Positions 1 through 9,021 of a stretch of 64,000 nucleotides of DNA are shown piece by piece; the first letter of the stretch is position 1, and the number at the start of each line of letters is the position of its first letter. The notes under the pieces are model-generated. The model saw only the letters and a program-made list of their open reading frames with translations. It ran no database searches and was not told the DNA's origin. The DNA is from Gammaproteobacteria bacterium (lineage in GTDB: Bacteria > Pseudomonadota > Gammaproteobacteria > Coxiellales > Coxiellaceae), in contig JAHFRQ010000011.1 of assembly GCA_023266215.1 (NCBI GenBank), forward strand, positions 1,735-65,734, given 5' to 3'. The translations under genes and the position numbers were made by a program.

Positions 1-766
1 CTGTCAGCTGCAATATTAATTCAATCGCGCTATCTGAAATTTCCATTTTCCAGGCTTTATTTGCTGCTTTTTGAATAAAGTCGGCATACAATGCTTTGCT
101 GATTCGATTTAATTTCATCTCATCACATAAGTGATAGAGCGGACGCTTTTTATTTTTGAACATTTCTTCTAGCAATGTTCTGTTGCTGCCGGAAAAAATG
201 TAAAAAATATTTTTGCTTCGTTCGACGGCATGACGAATGCTGGCTTCCAGAGAATGAGCATCAGGCAATTCTGCGATTTGTTGAAACTCATCCATCACAA
301 AAATTAATTCTTGATTAAGTTCTTTTGCCACCGCATCTAAATTCATCAATGCTTTAAGAATTGTTTCTTCATGTGTTTTTTCATCAGGTTTTAAAATAAT
401 TTTCTGATGAAACGCAGTAAGCTCTATTACAGGATTCATATTTGCAAAATGCCCCAATGCTTTTTGCATTAATTTCTTAGGTTTAAGCGGCATTAAATCA
501 AGCAGCTGCGTGACACCATCAAGAATGGCATTTTTTACATACTTGCTCGATGTTGCAGGCAATAAATCAATAGAAGCAAAGGGTATATTTTGCTCTTGCG
601 TAAACTGCGCAATCAAGCTACTTTTGCCATAACGTCGTGGCGACATTAATACAACGTGCGCATTCTGGTCGAGACGACGCCGTAGATATTCACGCTCAGC
701 TTCGCGATCACAAAATGCCAGCCCAGTGACGATTCCGGTCGGAAAATAAGGTTGTTTTAACGCCAT
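1..766 (-). CDS. AAA+ ATP-binding protein (PF01637/DUF234-type); C-terminal part lies beyond the window edge
   Basis: Edge-truncated, so absent from the ORF track. My translation from ATG 766-764 gives MALKQPYFPTGIVTGLAFCDREAEREYLRRRLDQNAHVVLMSPRRYGKSSLIAQF... with P-loop RRYGKSSL. The frame was checked over about the first 75 codons and read by eye as open to position 1. Same N-terminal layout as the ATPase at 57404. Confidence 0.6.
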   Translation of the reverse strand, partial: MALKQPYFPTGIVTGLAFCDREAEREYLRRRLDQNAHVVLMSPRRYGKSSLIAQFTQEQNIPFASIDLLPATSSKYVKNAILDGVTQLLDLMPLKPKKLMQKALGHFANMNPVIELTAFHQKIILKPDEKTHEETILKALMNLDAVAKELNQELIFVMDEFQQIAELPDAHSLEASIRHAVERSKNIFYIFSGSNRTLLEEMFKNKKRPLYHLCDEMKLNRISKALYADFIQKAANKAWKMEISDSAIELILQLT

Positions 767-810
767 GATTTTTCTCAAATATTAAAAAAAACTCATTATA
801 TCAAATACTA

Positions 811-862
811 GCGCAATACGCAAGCTGCGTTATACACCTTGCGTTATACGACTTGCGTTTTA
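811..862. promoter_or_regulatory. Iterated TGCGTTATAC-type motifs in a divergent intergenic region
   Basis: TGCGTTATAC at 826-835 and 840-849 and TGCGTTTTA at 854-862, giving a 14-bp period. A related inverted copy lies at 811-824. The motifs sit between the ATPase start (766) and the RHH gene (1027). Confidence 0.3.
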
Positions 863-981
863 GAACACGAGATTAAATAACAGGTTCAAAAAAATAAATA
901 TATTTCAAAACACGAGGTTCCAAAGTCGTTTCGTTATTGTATGATTTTGCATGCAAGCATTGCAAATATTGCTTTTGTATA

Positions 982-1004
982 TATAATAGGTTTCAATTGA
1001 ACCT
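982..1004 (+). promoter_or_regulatory. Putative -10 (TATAAT 982-987) followed by the near-palindrome AGGTTTCAATTGAACCT (988-1004)
   Basis: Consensus -10 hexamer about 40 nt upstream of ATG 1027. The palindrome is centred on CAATTG. RBS AGAGG at 1012-1016. Confidence 0.3.
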
Positions 1005-1026
1005 AATTTGAAAGAGGTGAATATTT

Positions 1027-1320
1027 ATGAAAAAAAAGCATAAAGAAGATATTGATACCAGTTGGGATAACCGAAAATTAGGCGCATCAAAAAAATATGC
1101 GCGTAAGTTGCCACGTGAGGATGAGCTTGCGGTGGATGATGCGCTTCATTTAGCTATTATTTCAATAAGATTACAAAAAGAATTAATTGGAAATTTAAAA
1201 ATCTTAGCAAAGCACGAGGGAATTGGATATCAACCTCTAGTTCGACAAATTTTAACGCGTTATGTGCGAGAAGCACTACAAAGAGATGCTGGTGGTCACC
1301 GCACAAGCGTCGCTAAGTAA
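1027..1320 (+). CDS. Ribbon-helix-helix / BrnA-like (COG3514-type) antitoxin-like protein
   Basis: The C-terminal motif HEGIGYQPLVRQILTRYVRE resembles the conserved BrnA/CopG antitoxin tail. 97 aa. No partner toxin ORF is adjacent. Confidence 0.5.
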   Translation: MKKKHKEDIDTSWDNRKLGASKKYARKLPREDELAVDDALHLAIISIRLQKELIGNLKILAKHEGIGYQPLVRQILTRYVREALQRDAGGHRTSVAK

Positions 1321-1323
1321 TTA

Positions 1324-2853
1324 GTGATGATATTATTTCTCACCACACTCACTTTTTCCATCGGTTGCGCGCTGGGGATTTATTTTTCCCTCGCTCCGCC
1401 CATTTTTTTTATTATCCCAGTATTATTGTCTGTTATTTTACTTATTTATTTTTTTAAGAAAATAACCAAACTAATATTTATTTTTTTATCATGTTTAATA
1501 ATAGGCTTTATTTTTTCACATGTTTATCTAGCCAAAATAACGCAATGGCATTTGCCTGAGAATAAAGTAGATCAAGTAGCGTTAATTTTGGGAGAAATTA
1601 ATTCTGTGCCGGTGACACAATGGAATCAAACGCGATTTGTATTTTTAATTCAAAAATTTGACGGGAAAAAAATTTCAGCCAAAGTAATATTATCAGCCGC
1701 AGGATTGTCGCAATACAAAGTAGGTGAAATATGGCAATTTTCAGTTCGACTAGAAAATCCTAAAAAGAAGCGTTTTTTAAATGGTTTTGATTATTCTCAT
1801 TGGCTTTTTTTGCATGGGATTCGTGCCGTTGGATTTATTCAATCTGATATGACCAAAAATAAATTATTGGGAATTAGTAAAAATTATTTTCTCTCAGAGA
1901 TGCGCGAAAATATTCATGATTTGATTATCAATAGCATTTCAAATCATTCGATTGCGGCATTTATTTCAGCCATCAGCGTGGGCTTGCGCGGTGACATGCA
2001 GCAATCTGATTGGAAAATTTATCAAAAAACAGGAACCAATCATTTAATTGCAATTGCGGGCTTGCATATTGGATTTATTGCGGCTGCTATTTATTTTCTA
2101 ATTGACCAGCTTTGGCGCTTTTTTCCTAAATTACTTTTGCGCATGCCAGCCTCTGTCGCTGCGCAAATTGCCAGCGTCATTGGCGCATTAGGTTATACGT
2201 TATTATCTGGTTTTGCACTTCCTGCAGAGCGGGCGTCCATCATGATGATTTGCTTTATGCTGACTGCCTGGTTTTACAGAAACAGCTCTATTTGGGATAG
2301 ATTGTGGCTAGCCATGTTGATTATTATCGCGCTCAATCCAGCTGAATTATTTTTTGCGAGCATTTATTTAAGCTTTATGGCAGTGGCATTGTTATCTTTT
2401 GTTTATTCCGGGCGGTTGCAGCAACCAGGGCACTTAAAATCATTATTGCCAATGCAAATAGTATTGGGATTAGGATTATTGCCGATGACCATGTGGTTTT
2501 TTCAAGAAGCCTCATTTGTCTCTTTTTTGGCAAATCTTATTGCGATCCCCTGGGTTGGGTTTTTTGTTTTGCCATTGGCCTGTCTTGGCAGCTTATTTTA
2601 TGTGTGCCACTGCATGGTCATTAGTAAAGGCTTATTTTGGCTCTCAGGCTATTGTTTATATCCATTATGGGAAATACTAAAAAACATGGCGTACTGGCAC
2701 AATAGCGGCTTGCAGCATGCCATTTCAAGCCCGTTAATCTTATTGCTAAGTCTTTTTGGAGTATTTCTATTGTTGTTGCCGAGGGGATTTCCGGTAAAAT
2801 GGCTGGGATTCGTCGGTTTTTTGCCGATTATTTTTACTCATGTGATACAATGA
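1324..2853 (+). CDS. comEC: ComEC/Rec2 family competence channel protein (short form, no metallo-beta-lactamase domain)
   Basis: Polytopic membrane protein with a DUF4131-like N-terminus and a competence-domain core (GTNHLIAIAGLHIG). Conserved position upstream of msbA-lpxK, as in E. coli ycaI-msbA-lpxK. Confidence 0.75.
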   Translation: MMILFLTTLTFSIGCALGIYFSLAPPIFFIIPVLLSVILLIYFFKKITKLIFIFLSCLIIGFIFSHVYLAKITQWHLPENKVDQVALILGEINSVPVTQWNQTRFVFLIQKFDGKKISAKVILSAAGLSQYKVGEIWQFSVRLENPKKKRFLNGFDYSHWLFLHGIRAVGFIQSDMTKNKLLGISKNYFLSEMRENIHDLIINSISNHSIAAFISAISVGLRGDMQQSDWKIYQKTGTNHLIAIAGLHIGFIAAAIYFLIDQLWRFFPKLLLRMPASVAAQIASVIGALGYTLLSGFALPAERASIMMICFMLTAWFYRNSSIWDRLWLAMLIIIALNPAELFFASIYLSFMAVALLSFVYSGRLQQPGHLKSLLPMQIVLGLGLLPMTMWFFQEASFVSFLANLIAIPWVGFFVLPLACLGSLFYVCHCMVISKGLFWLSGYCLYPLWEILKNMAYWHNSGLQHAISSPLILLLSLFGVFLLLLPRGFPVKWLGFVGFLPIIFTHVIQ

Positions 2854-4625
2854 CGCGAAATAATACTGATAAGAGTTTCAGCATGAGTATCTCAAATAGT
2901 GGTAGTTTACAAACTTATAAGCGCTTATTAAAGACTGCAAAGCCGTATTGGATTTTATTTGCCATCGGCGTCATTGGTACAATTATTTTATCTCTGACAG
3001 ATGCGGGTTTTGCTTGGCTTGTGAAGCCTATTGTGAATCACGGATTTGTGAAACGGGATCGCGCTTTTATTCATTGGTTACCCATTTTAATTTTTGGTAT
3101 TTTTATTATTCGGGGTGCTGCGAGCTTTGTGTCAACTTATTTTATTACGCGCGTGGCAAGAACCGTTGTGCGTGATTTGCGCCGCGTTATTTTTTCAAAG
3201 CTTTTGCATTTGCCCGCAACGTTTTATGATAAAAATAATTCAGGCTATATTTTATCAACAATTGTTTATAACGTTGAGCAAGTTGCGCAAGCGTCATCTG
3301 ATTCTGTATTAACCTGTTTGCGTGAGTCATCTTTGGCTATTAGTTTATTAATCGTGATGTTTACCGCGAGCTGGAAATTATCATTATTATTTATCATTAT
3401 TTCACCCTTTATTGGCTGGGTTGTAAAATGGAGTAGTGGACGTATGCGACGCATTAGCGCCAGCGTACAAGAATCAGTGGGTGATGTGACCAAGGTTGCT
3501 GCTGAAAGTATTGATGGTTACCGCGTTGTGCGTCTATATGGCGGCGAACAATACGAAAGCGAAAAATTTAACAAAGCCACAAAGTCTAACTTGCAGCGTG
3601 AGATGAAAATTGTTGTCACGAATAGCGTTGGCACATCATTAATACAACTATTATTTGCTATCCCGATTGCAGTCACTTTGTTGGCTGCAACCAATCCTGC
3701 GATGCATGTGTCAGCAGGACAGTTTGCATCCATCGTAACAGCGATGATCATGTTGGTAAGACCCGTTCGTCGCATGAGCATGGTCAATACAGAAATTCAA
3801 AAAGGAGTTGCAGGGGCTGCGAGTATTTTTAAAATAGAAGATGAGACTATTGAAAAAGATGCAGGTTCGCGATCATTATCCAGAGTCAAAGGCGATATTG
3901 CTTTTCAAAACGTTAATTTTGAGTATGCAACATCTAAACAACCTGTTTTAAAACACATTAATTTAACAGTCAAAGCAGGAGATACCGTTGCTATCGTCGG
4001 AAAATCAGGCAGCGGTAAATCAACTTTAATGAACTTATTGCCGCGTTTTTATGAGGTAACAGCCGGTGAAATTACCATTGATGGTGTGAATACACAGCTT
4101 TATAAACTAGCTGATTTACGTGAACAATTTGCTTATGTCTCGCAAGATACCATGCTATTTGATGATACCGTGTCGAATAATATTGCCTATGGCGCAAAAG
4201 GATCTGTTACACGCGAACAAATCATTCAGGCTGCAACTGCTGCACATGCAACAGAATTTATTACACAATTACCAGATGGTTTTGATTCAAAAATCGGTGA
4301 AAGCGGTGTGTTGCTGTCCGGCGGACAGCGTCAGCGCATAGCGATCGCACGTGCTTTACTGAAAAATGCACCTATTTTAATTTTAGATGAAGCAACGGCT
4401 TCTTTAGATACGCATTCAGAAAGACAAATTCAAAATGCGCTAGAAGATCTCATGAAAGACAGAACTACTTTAATAATTGCTCACCGACTATCGACAATTG
4501 AAAATGCATCCTTTATTGTAGTGATGGATCAGGCTGAAATTGTGGAAACGGGCACGCACGAATCATTAATTACTCAAAATGGTGTGTATGCAGAATTGCA
4601 CAAGGCGCAATTTAAAGAAACATAA
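2850..4625 (+). CDS. msbA: Lipid A export ABC transporter permease/ATPase MsbA
   Basis: Six-TM domain plus NBD: Walker A GKSGSGKST, signature LSGGQRQR, Walker B ILILDEATS. I place the start at ATG 2850 (ATGA overlap with the comEC stop) rather than the track start 2799. Confidence 0.9.
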   Translation: MTRNNTDKSFSMSISNSGSLQTYKRLLKTAKPYWILFAIGVIGTIILSLTDAGFAWLVKPIVNHGFVKRDRAFIHWLPILIFGIFIIRGAASFVSTYFITRVARTVVRDLRRVIFSKLLHLPATFYDKNNSGYILSTIVYNVEQVAQASSDSVLTCLRESSLAISLLIVMFTASWKLSLLFIIISPFIGWVVKWSSGRMRRISASVQESVGDVTKVAAESIDGYRVVRLYGGEQYESEKFNKATKSNLQREMKIVVTNSVGTSLIQLLFAIPIAVTLLAATNPAMHVSAGQFASIVTAMIMLVRPVRRMSMVNTEIQKGVAGAASIFKIEDETIEKDAGSRSLSRVKGDIAFQNVNFEYATSKQPVLKHINLTVKAGDTVAIVGKSGSGKSTLMNLLPRFYEVTAGEITIDGVNTQLYKLADLREQFAYVSQDTMLFDDTVSNNIAYGAKGSVTREQIIQAATAAHATEFITQLPDGFDSKIGESGVLLSGGQRQRIAIARALLKNAPILILDEATASLDTHSERQIQNALEDLMKDRTTLIIAHRLSTIENASFIVVMDQAEIVETGTHESLITQNGVYAELHKAQFKET

Positions 4626-4631
4626 AAATTT

Positions 4632-5600
4632 ATGAATAAAATCTGGTATCAAAAAAATACTCTTAGTTATTTATTGCTCCCATTTTCTTTTCTTTATTTT
4701 TTCATTATTTTTATCCGAAAAATTTTATATCAATTTAATATTTTAAAAAAAACTAAAATTAAAGTGCCTGTTATTGTTGTTGGGAATATTACCGTCGGCG
4801 GCACTGGAAAAACTCCTTTTGTAATCTCAATAGCAAATGCTTTAAAAGAAGCGGGTTTTAAGCCCGGTATTATTACCCGCGGCTATCGGGGAAAATCATT
4901 AACATGGCCTATAATAATTAATCAACATAGCAACGCGAGATTAGCGGGCGATGAAGCTGTTTTAATTGCACAAAAAACATTATTGCCCGTTGTCGCAGGA
5001 CCTAATCGTGTAGAAGATGCTAAAAAATTACTAGAAAATTTTGATTGTAATTTAATTATCAGCGATGATGGTTTGCAGCATACTGCATTAATCCGCGATA
5101 TTGAAATCGCCATGATTGATGATAAAAGAGGCTTTGGAAATGGATTTTTATTACCCGCGGGGCCTCTACGCGAGCTTTCATCCAGAATATTATCAGTTGA
5201 TTTTGTGGTTGTGAATAACGGTAATTGCGATGATCCATGGCGTACCGAATTTATGATAGATGAATTGATTAATATTAAAGATGTAACAAAGAAATTAAAG
5301 CTAACTGATATTACAGATCAAAAGATTTATGCTGTCGCAGGCATTGGCAATCCTGATTATTTTTTTAATCAGCTCAGAGGATTGTATTTAGAAATAATTC
5401 CCATTGTATTTCCAGATCACCATGATTTTAAATTTAAAGATATCGACTTTGAGAAAAATGCGATTATTATTATGACCGAAAAGGATGCCGTCAAATGTAA
5501 GCCATTTGCTGATCATCGGCATTTTATGGCGGCAGGGCATGCAGAAATTGATAAAAAATTAATTGATAAGATAATACTAAAAATACATTCGGGAGAATAA
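4632..5600 (+). CDS. lpxK: Tetraacyldisaccharide 4'-kinase
   Basis: P-loop VGNITVGGTGKTP typical of LpxK. Conserved msbA-lpxK order. Confidence 0.9.
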   Translation: MNKIWYQKNTLSYLLLPFSFLYFFIIFIRKILYQFNILKKTKIKVPVIVVGNITVGGTGKTPFVISIANALKEAGFKPGIITRGYRGKSLTWPIIINQHSNARLAGDEAVLIAQKTLLPVVAGPNRVEDAKKLLENFDCNLIISDDGLQHTALIRDIEIAMIDDKRGFGNGFLLPAGPLRELSSRILSVDFVVVNNGNCDDPWRTEFMIDELINIKDVTKKLKLTDITDQKIYAVAGIGNPDYFFNQLRGLYLEIIPIVFPDHHDFKFKDIDFEKNAIIIMTEKDAVKCKPFADHRHFMAAGHAEIDKKLIDKIILKIHSGE

Positions 5601-5652
5601 AATAAGCACATTATTTTTCTTCATTAAAAAGCTATCGCCTTATCGATGGCAC

Positions 5653-7248
5653 TTGGCTTTAAGTCTTATATTAGGAATTATTTTAAGTATTTCAGCTATT
5701 GGCCTAATGGGTTTGTCAGGTTGGTTTATTTCATCAGCTGCAATGGCAGGGTTAACAATCGTTGGCGCTGCGGGCTTTAATTATTTTTTACCAGCGGCAG
5801 TGATTCGATATCTTGCTCTTATTCGCATTCTATCAAGATATGTCGAACGCGTAGTTAGCCACGATTTTACATTTCGAATTTTAGGTTACTTGCGCGTTTG
5901 GTTCTATCAAAAGCTTATTCCGCTTTCACCGCAACGATTATTAAAAAAGCACAGTGCTGATTTATTAAGTGGTTGGGTTCAAGATATTGACACACTGGAT
6001 CACTTATATTTACGCGTTATTTCACCTGTTTTTACTTCTTTTATTATTATTTTATCAGTGGCGCTATTTTTATTTTTTTATTCAAAAAAGATTGCATTAT
6101 TAGTGCTTTTATCAATGACTCTAATATCGATTATATTAACATTGACATCAGCTATTATGGGAAAAAATAGGGGTGAGAGAATAATTATTGCCGCATCTCA
6201 TTTAAGATTAAAAATAATAGATAACATACAAGGCTTTGTTGATTTATTATTTTTAACATCAAAAATCAATAGAATCAGCGCGCTTGATAAAAATCAGCGT
6301 GAATTAGTATCAGCGCAAAAAAAATTAATGTATTTAAAATCAATTATTTCTGGAATTTTTGTTCTATTATCAGGACTGACTATTTATTTTATGCTTAAAA
6401 TGGGTATTCCATTGGTGATGATTAATAAAATAAATGGTGCACAATTGGCCATGATTATTTTACTGGTGATGGCAGCTTTTGAGTCTTTATCGGCATTACC
6501 CTTGGCGGGACTAGCTTTGGGTAAAACTATGCGCTCTGCAAAACAAATATTATCGATTTCTGAGCAAAAACCAGCTATTGAATTTGTAAATAAAACACTA
6601 GAAATTATTGAAAATAATAATCTATTAATTCAGAATATTTCTTTTTCTTATGAAAATAACCCATTCATTTTTGATCATTTTAATCTTTCTATTGCGTCTG
6701 GCGCTCATTTGGGTATTTCCGGAAACTCAGGCTCTGGAAAAACATCGTTACTAAATTTACTATCTCGAATTGATGATCCGGAATCGGGTGATATTTTATT
6801 GGGCAATGTTAATTTAAAAAATATTTCAGAAATGGATTTGCGAAATAATATTAGTTATGTCACGCAAAAAGTACATATATTTAATGCGTCGGTACGAGAC
6901 AATATTACGCTATTTCAAAAAAATATTTTAGATCAAGAAATCATATCTGTATTAAGATTAATGGAATTAGATGAACTGATTTTATCGCTGCCCAATAAAC
7001 TAGATACAATAATGGGTGAATTTGGGAAACACTTCTCAGGCGGCCAAATTCGACGTATTTCAATTGCACGTGCGCTACTTAAAAAGTCACCTGTATTACT
7101 ATTGGATGAGCCATCAACAGGCCTAGATGATCATTTAATGCTGAAAATCTGGAAAAACTGTGAACATACTCTTAAAAATAAAACAGTGATTATTGCGACA
7201 CATGACGAAAAGCTATTGAGCATGCTGGATCAAACAATCAGACTGTAA
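5653..7248 (+). CDS. cydC: Cysteine/glutathione ABC exporter subunit CydC
   Basis: The N-terminal TM region aligns with E. coli CydC (LSGWFISSAAMAG). NBD has GNSGSGKTS, FSGGQIRR and LLLDEPSTG. The track start is TTG 5653. The frame is open back to 5581, and the upstream residues (LFFFIKKLSPYRWH) still look CydC-like although no ATG/GTG/TTG is present there. Confidence 0.8.
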   Translation: MALSLILGIILSISAIGLMGLSGWFISSAAMAGLTIVGAAGFNYFLPAAVIRYLALIRILSRYVERVVSHDFTFRILGYLRVWFYQKLIPLSPQRLLKKHSADLLSGWVQDIDTLDHLYLRVISPVFTSFIIILSVALFLFFYSKKIALLVLLSMTLISIILTLTSAIMGKNRGERIIIAASHLRLKIIDNIQGFVDLLFLTSKINRISALDKNQRELVSAQKKLMYLKSIISGIFVLLSGLTIYFMLKMGIPLVMINKINGAQLAMIILLVMAAFESLSALPLAGLALGKTMRSAKQILSISEQKPAIEFVNKTLEIIENNNLLIQNISFSYENNPFIFDHFNLSIASGAHLGISGNSGSGKTSLLNLLSRIDDPESGDILLGNVNLKNISEMDLRNNISYVTQKVHIFNASVRDNITLFQKNILDQEIISVLRLMELDELILSLPNKLDTIMGEFGKHFSGGQIRRISIARALLKKSPVLLLDEPSTGLDDHLMLKIWKNCEHTLKNKTVIIATHDEKLLSMLDQTIRL

Positions 7249-8908
7249 AGTTTACCACCGAGTCTGCACAATTCATTATTTTTTCATCATGTGTTGCAAT
7301 AATAATGGTTTTCTTATTTTTCCACTCGGATAATAGGTTTTGAATAATCTTAATATTGTCGTGATCTAAATGTGATGTGGGCTCATCTAGTAAAATAATC
7401 GGCGCATCTCTTAAATAAATTCTGGCGAGTGCAACGCGTTGTGCTTGGCCGCCTGATAATCCAACGCCATTTTCTCCAATGCATGTATTGAGCTTGTCTG
7501 GGAATAAATTAGAAAAATCTAATACGCCAGTTTTTTGAGCGGCGGTATTAATTTCTGTTTCAGATGCGCCTGGTTTTGCCAATCTAATATTATCTGCAAT
7601 GCTGCCTTGAAATAAATGCGGATGCTGCGTTAAAAAAGCGATATAAGATCGCCAGAGATCAGATGAAATAGTAACTAATTTTATATCATTAATTTTAATT
7701 TCACCTGCTATCGGATAAATTAATTTTGAAAGTAATTGCAAAACAGTTGTTTTACCAGACCCGCTTTCACCCACTAACGCAACACAGCTTTGTGATTGAA
7801 TACTTAAATTAAAATGGTTAAGTACATTTTTATTTTCATGATATAAAAAATCAATATTATTAAGTGTTATTATAAATTTTTCTGGAAATAAGAAACCTGT
7901 ATTCATTATTTCAATTTCTAATATAGCTTGATTTAATATTTTTATGATTTCTGCAGATGCGCCAATCGCTTCTGCGCGGGCATGATAAAATGTGCCCAGT
8001 TGTCGTAGTGGCATAAAAAATTCAGGAATTAATAATAGAATAAACAATGCAGAAAAAAGCGATATAGTGACACCATGAAATCCAATATGAATAAAACTCA
8101 GCAATCCCAATCCTAAATAAACAGCAATCAGTGCTATTGAGATAGTTGCGAATAATTCTAAGACGCCAGATGATAAAAAGGCAATTTTTAATATCCGCAT
8201 GGTTTTTAATCGATATTGATCTGAAACATCTTGCACTTTTTTAATTTGAGTGCGACTTTGATTAAATAAGCTAAGTGTTGAAAGACCTTGTAAAAGATCG
8301 AGAAAATAAGCGCTCATGCGAGATAAGCTTTGGAAATTGCGCTGATTAAGAGACTCAACACCCATTCCAATCAGCGCCATAAACAATGGAATTAACGGCG
8401 CTGTAATTAATAAAATAATGCCTGCGATCCAATTTTGAATCCATACTAATATTAAAATAATAATAGGAATTAAAACAGATAAAATCATTTGCGGTAAATA
8501 ATCTGCAAAAAATCCGTGCAGCGCCTCGACTTGTTCGATTAGTGTTGTGGTTAATGCACCTGTTTTAGTTTTTGATATTTGCGTGGATGAACACGCCATC
8601 AAATGTTTAAAAATTTCATCTCGAATACTATTTTTAATTTTTTGAGCCGTATTAAATCCTGTTATTTCTCGCCAAATTGAAACAAAGCTTCTTAAAATAA
8701 TTAAACTTAAAAAAATCCATAATAAACTTGAGATGCTTATAATATTGTGATGGTGCAGATAAACAAGATCGATTATATCAGCCAGAATATAAGCTTGAGC
8801 AATGATTAACAGCCCGCCCAGTATTCCAAAAGAAATAGATAAAATAAGTGAGTGTTTAAAATTCGCTGATTGTTTCATCAGCCAGCGATATGCTGTATTA
8901 GATGCCAT
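7238..8908 (-). CDS. cydD: Cysteine/glutathione ABC exporter subunit CydD
   Basis: Strong resemblance to E. coli CydD (TAPLIPLFMALIGMG, LAFLSSGVLELF). NBD has GESGSGKTT, LSGGQAQR and ILLDEPTSHLD. Its 3' end overlaps the convergent cydC by 11 bp. Confidence 0.85.
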   Translation of the reverse strand: MASNTAYRWLMKQSANFKHSLILSISFGILGGLLIIAQAYILADIIDLVYLHHHNIISISSLLWIFLSLIILRSFVSIWREITGFNTAQKIKNSIRDEIFKHLMACSSTQISKTKTGALTTTLIEQVEALHGFFADYLPQMILSVLIPIIILILVWIQNWIAGIILLITAPLIPLFMALIGMGVESLNQRNFQSLSRMSAYFLDLLQGLSTLSLFNQSRTQIKKVQDVSDQYRLKTMRILKIAFLSSGVLELFATISIALIAVYLGLGLLSFIHIGFHGVTISLFSALFILLLIPEFFMPLRQLGTFYHARAEAIGASAEIIKILNQAILEIEIMNTGFLFPEKFIITLNNIDFLYHENKNVLNHFNLSIQSQSCVALVGESGSGKTTVLQLLSKLIYPIAGEIKINDIKLVTISSDLWRSYIAFLTQHPHLFQGSIADNIRLAKPGASETEINTAAQKTGVLDFSNLFPDKLNTCIGENGVGLSGGQAQRVALARIYLRDAPIILLDEPTSHLDHDNIKIIQNLLSEWKNKKTIIIATHDEKIMNCADSVVNFTV

Positions 8909-9003
8909 TATTCATCATTGCACTGTTTGTCAGCTTTCAGCGTAGCCGCAAAGCTGACAATTAATGCTATTAATAAAGTAATGCCAATGATTGTATAAAA
9001 CAT
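8908..9003 (-). CDS. cydX: Cytochrome bd oxidase small subunit CydX-like (31 aa)
   Basis: Not in the ORF track (too short). My translation is MFYTIIGITLLIALIVSFAATLKADKQCNDE: one TM helix in the canonical slot between cydB and cydD. Its stop overlaps the cydD ATG (TAATG). Confidence 0.6.
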   Translation of the reverse strand: MFYTIIGITLLIALIVSFAATLKADKQCNDE

Positions 9004-9021
9004 AGTAACTTCCTAAAAATT

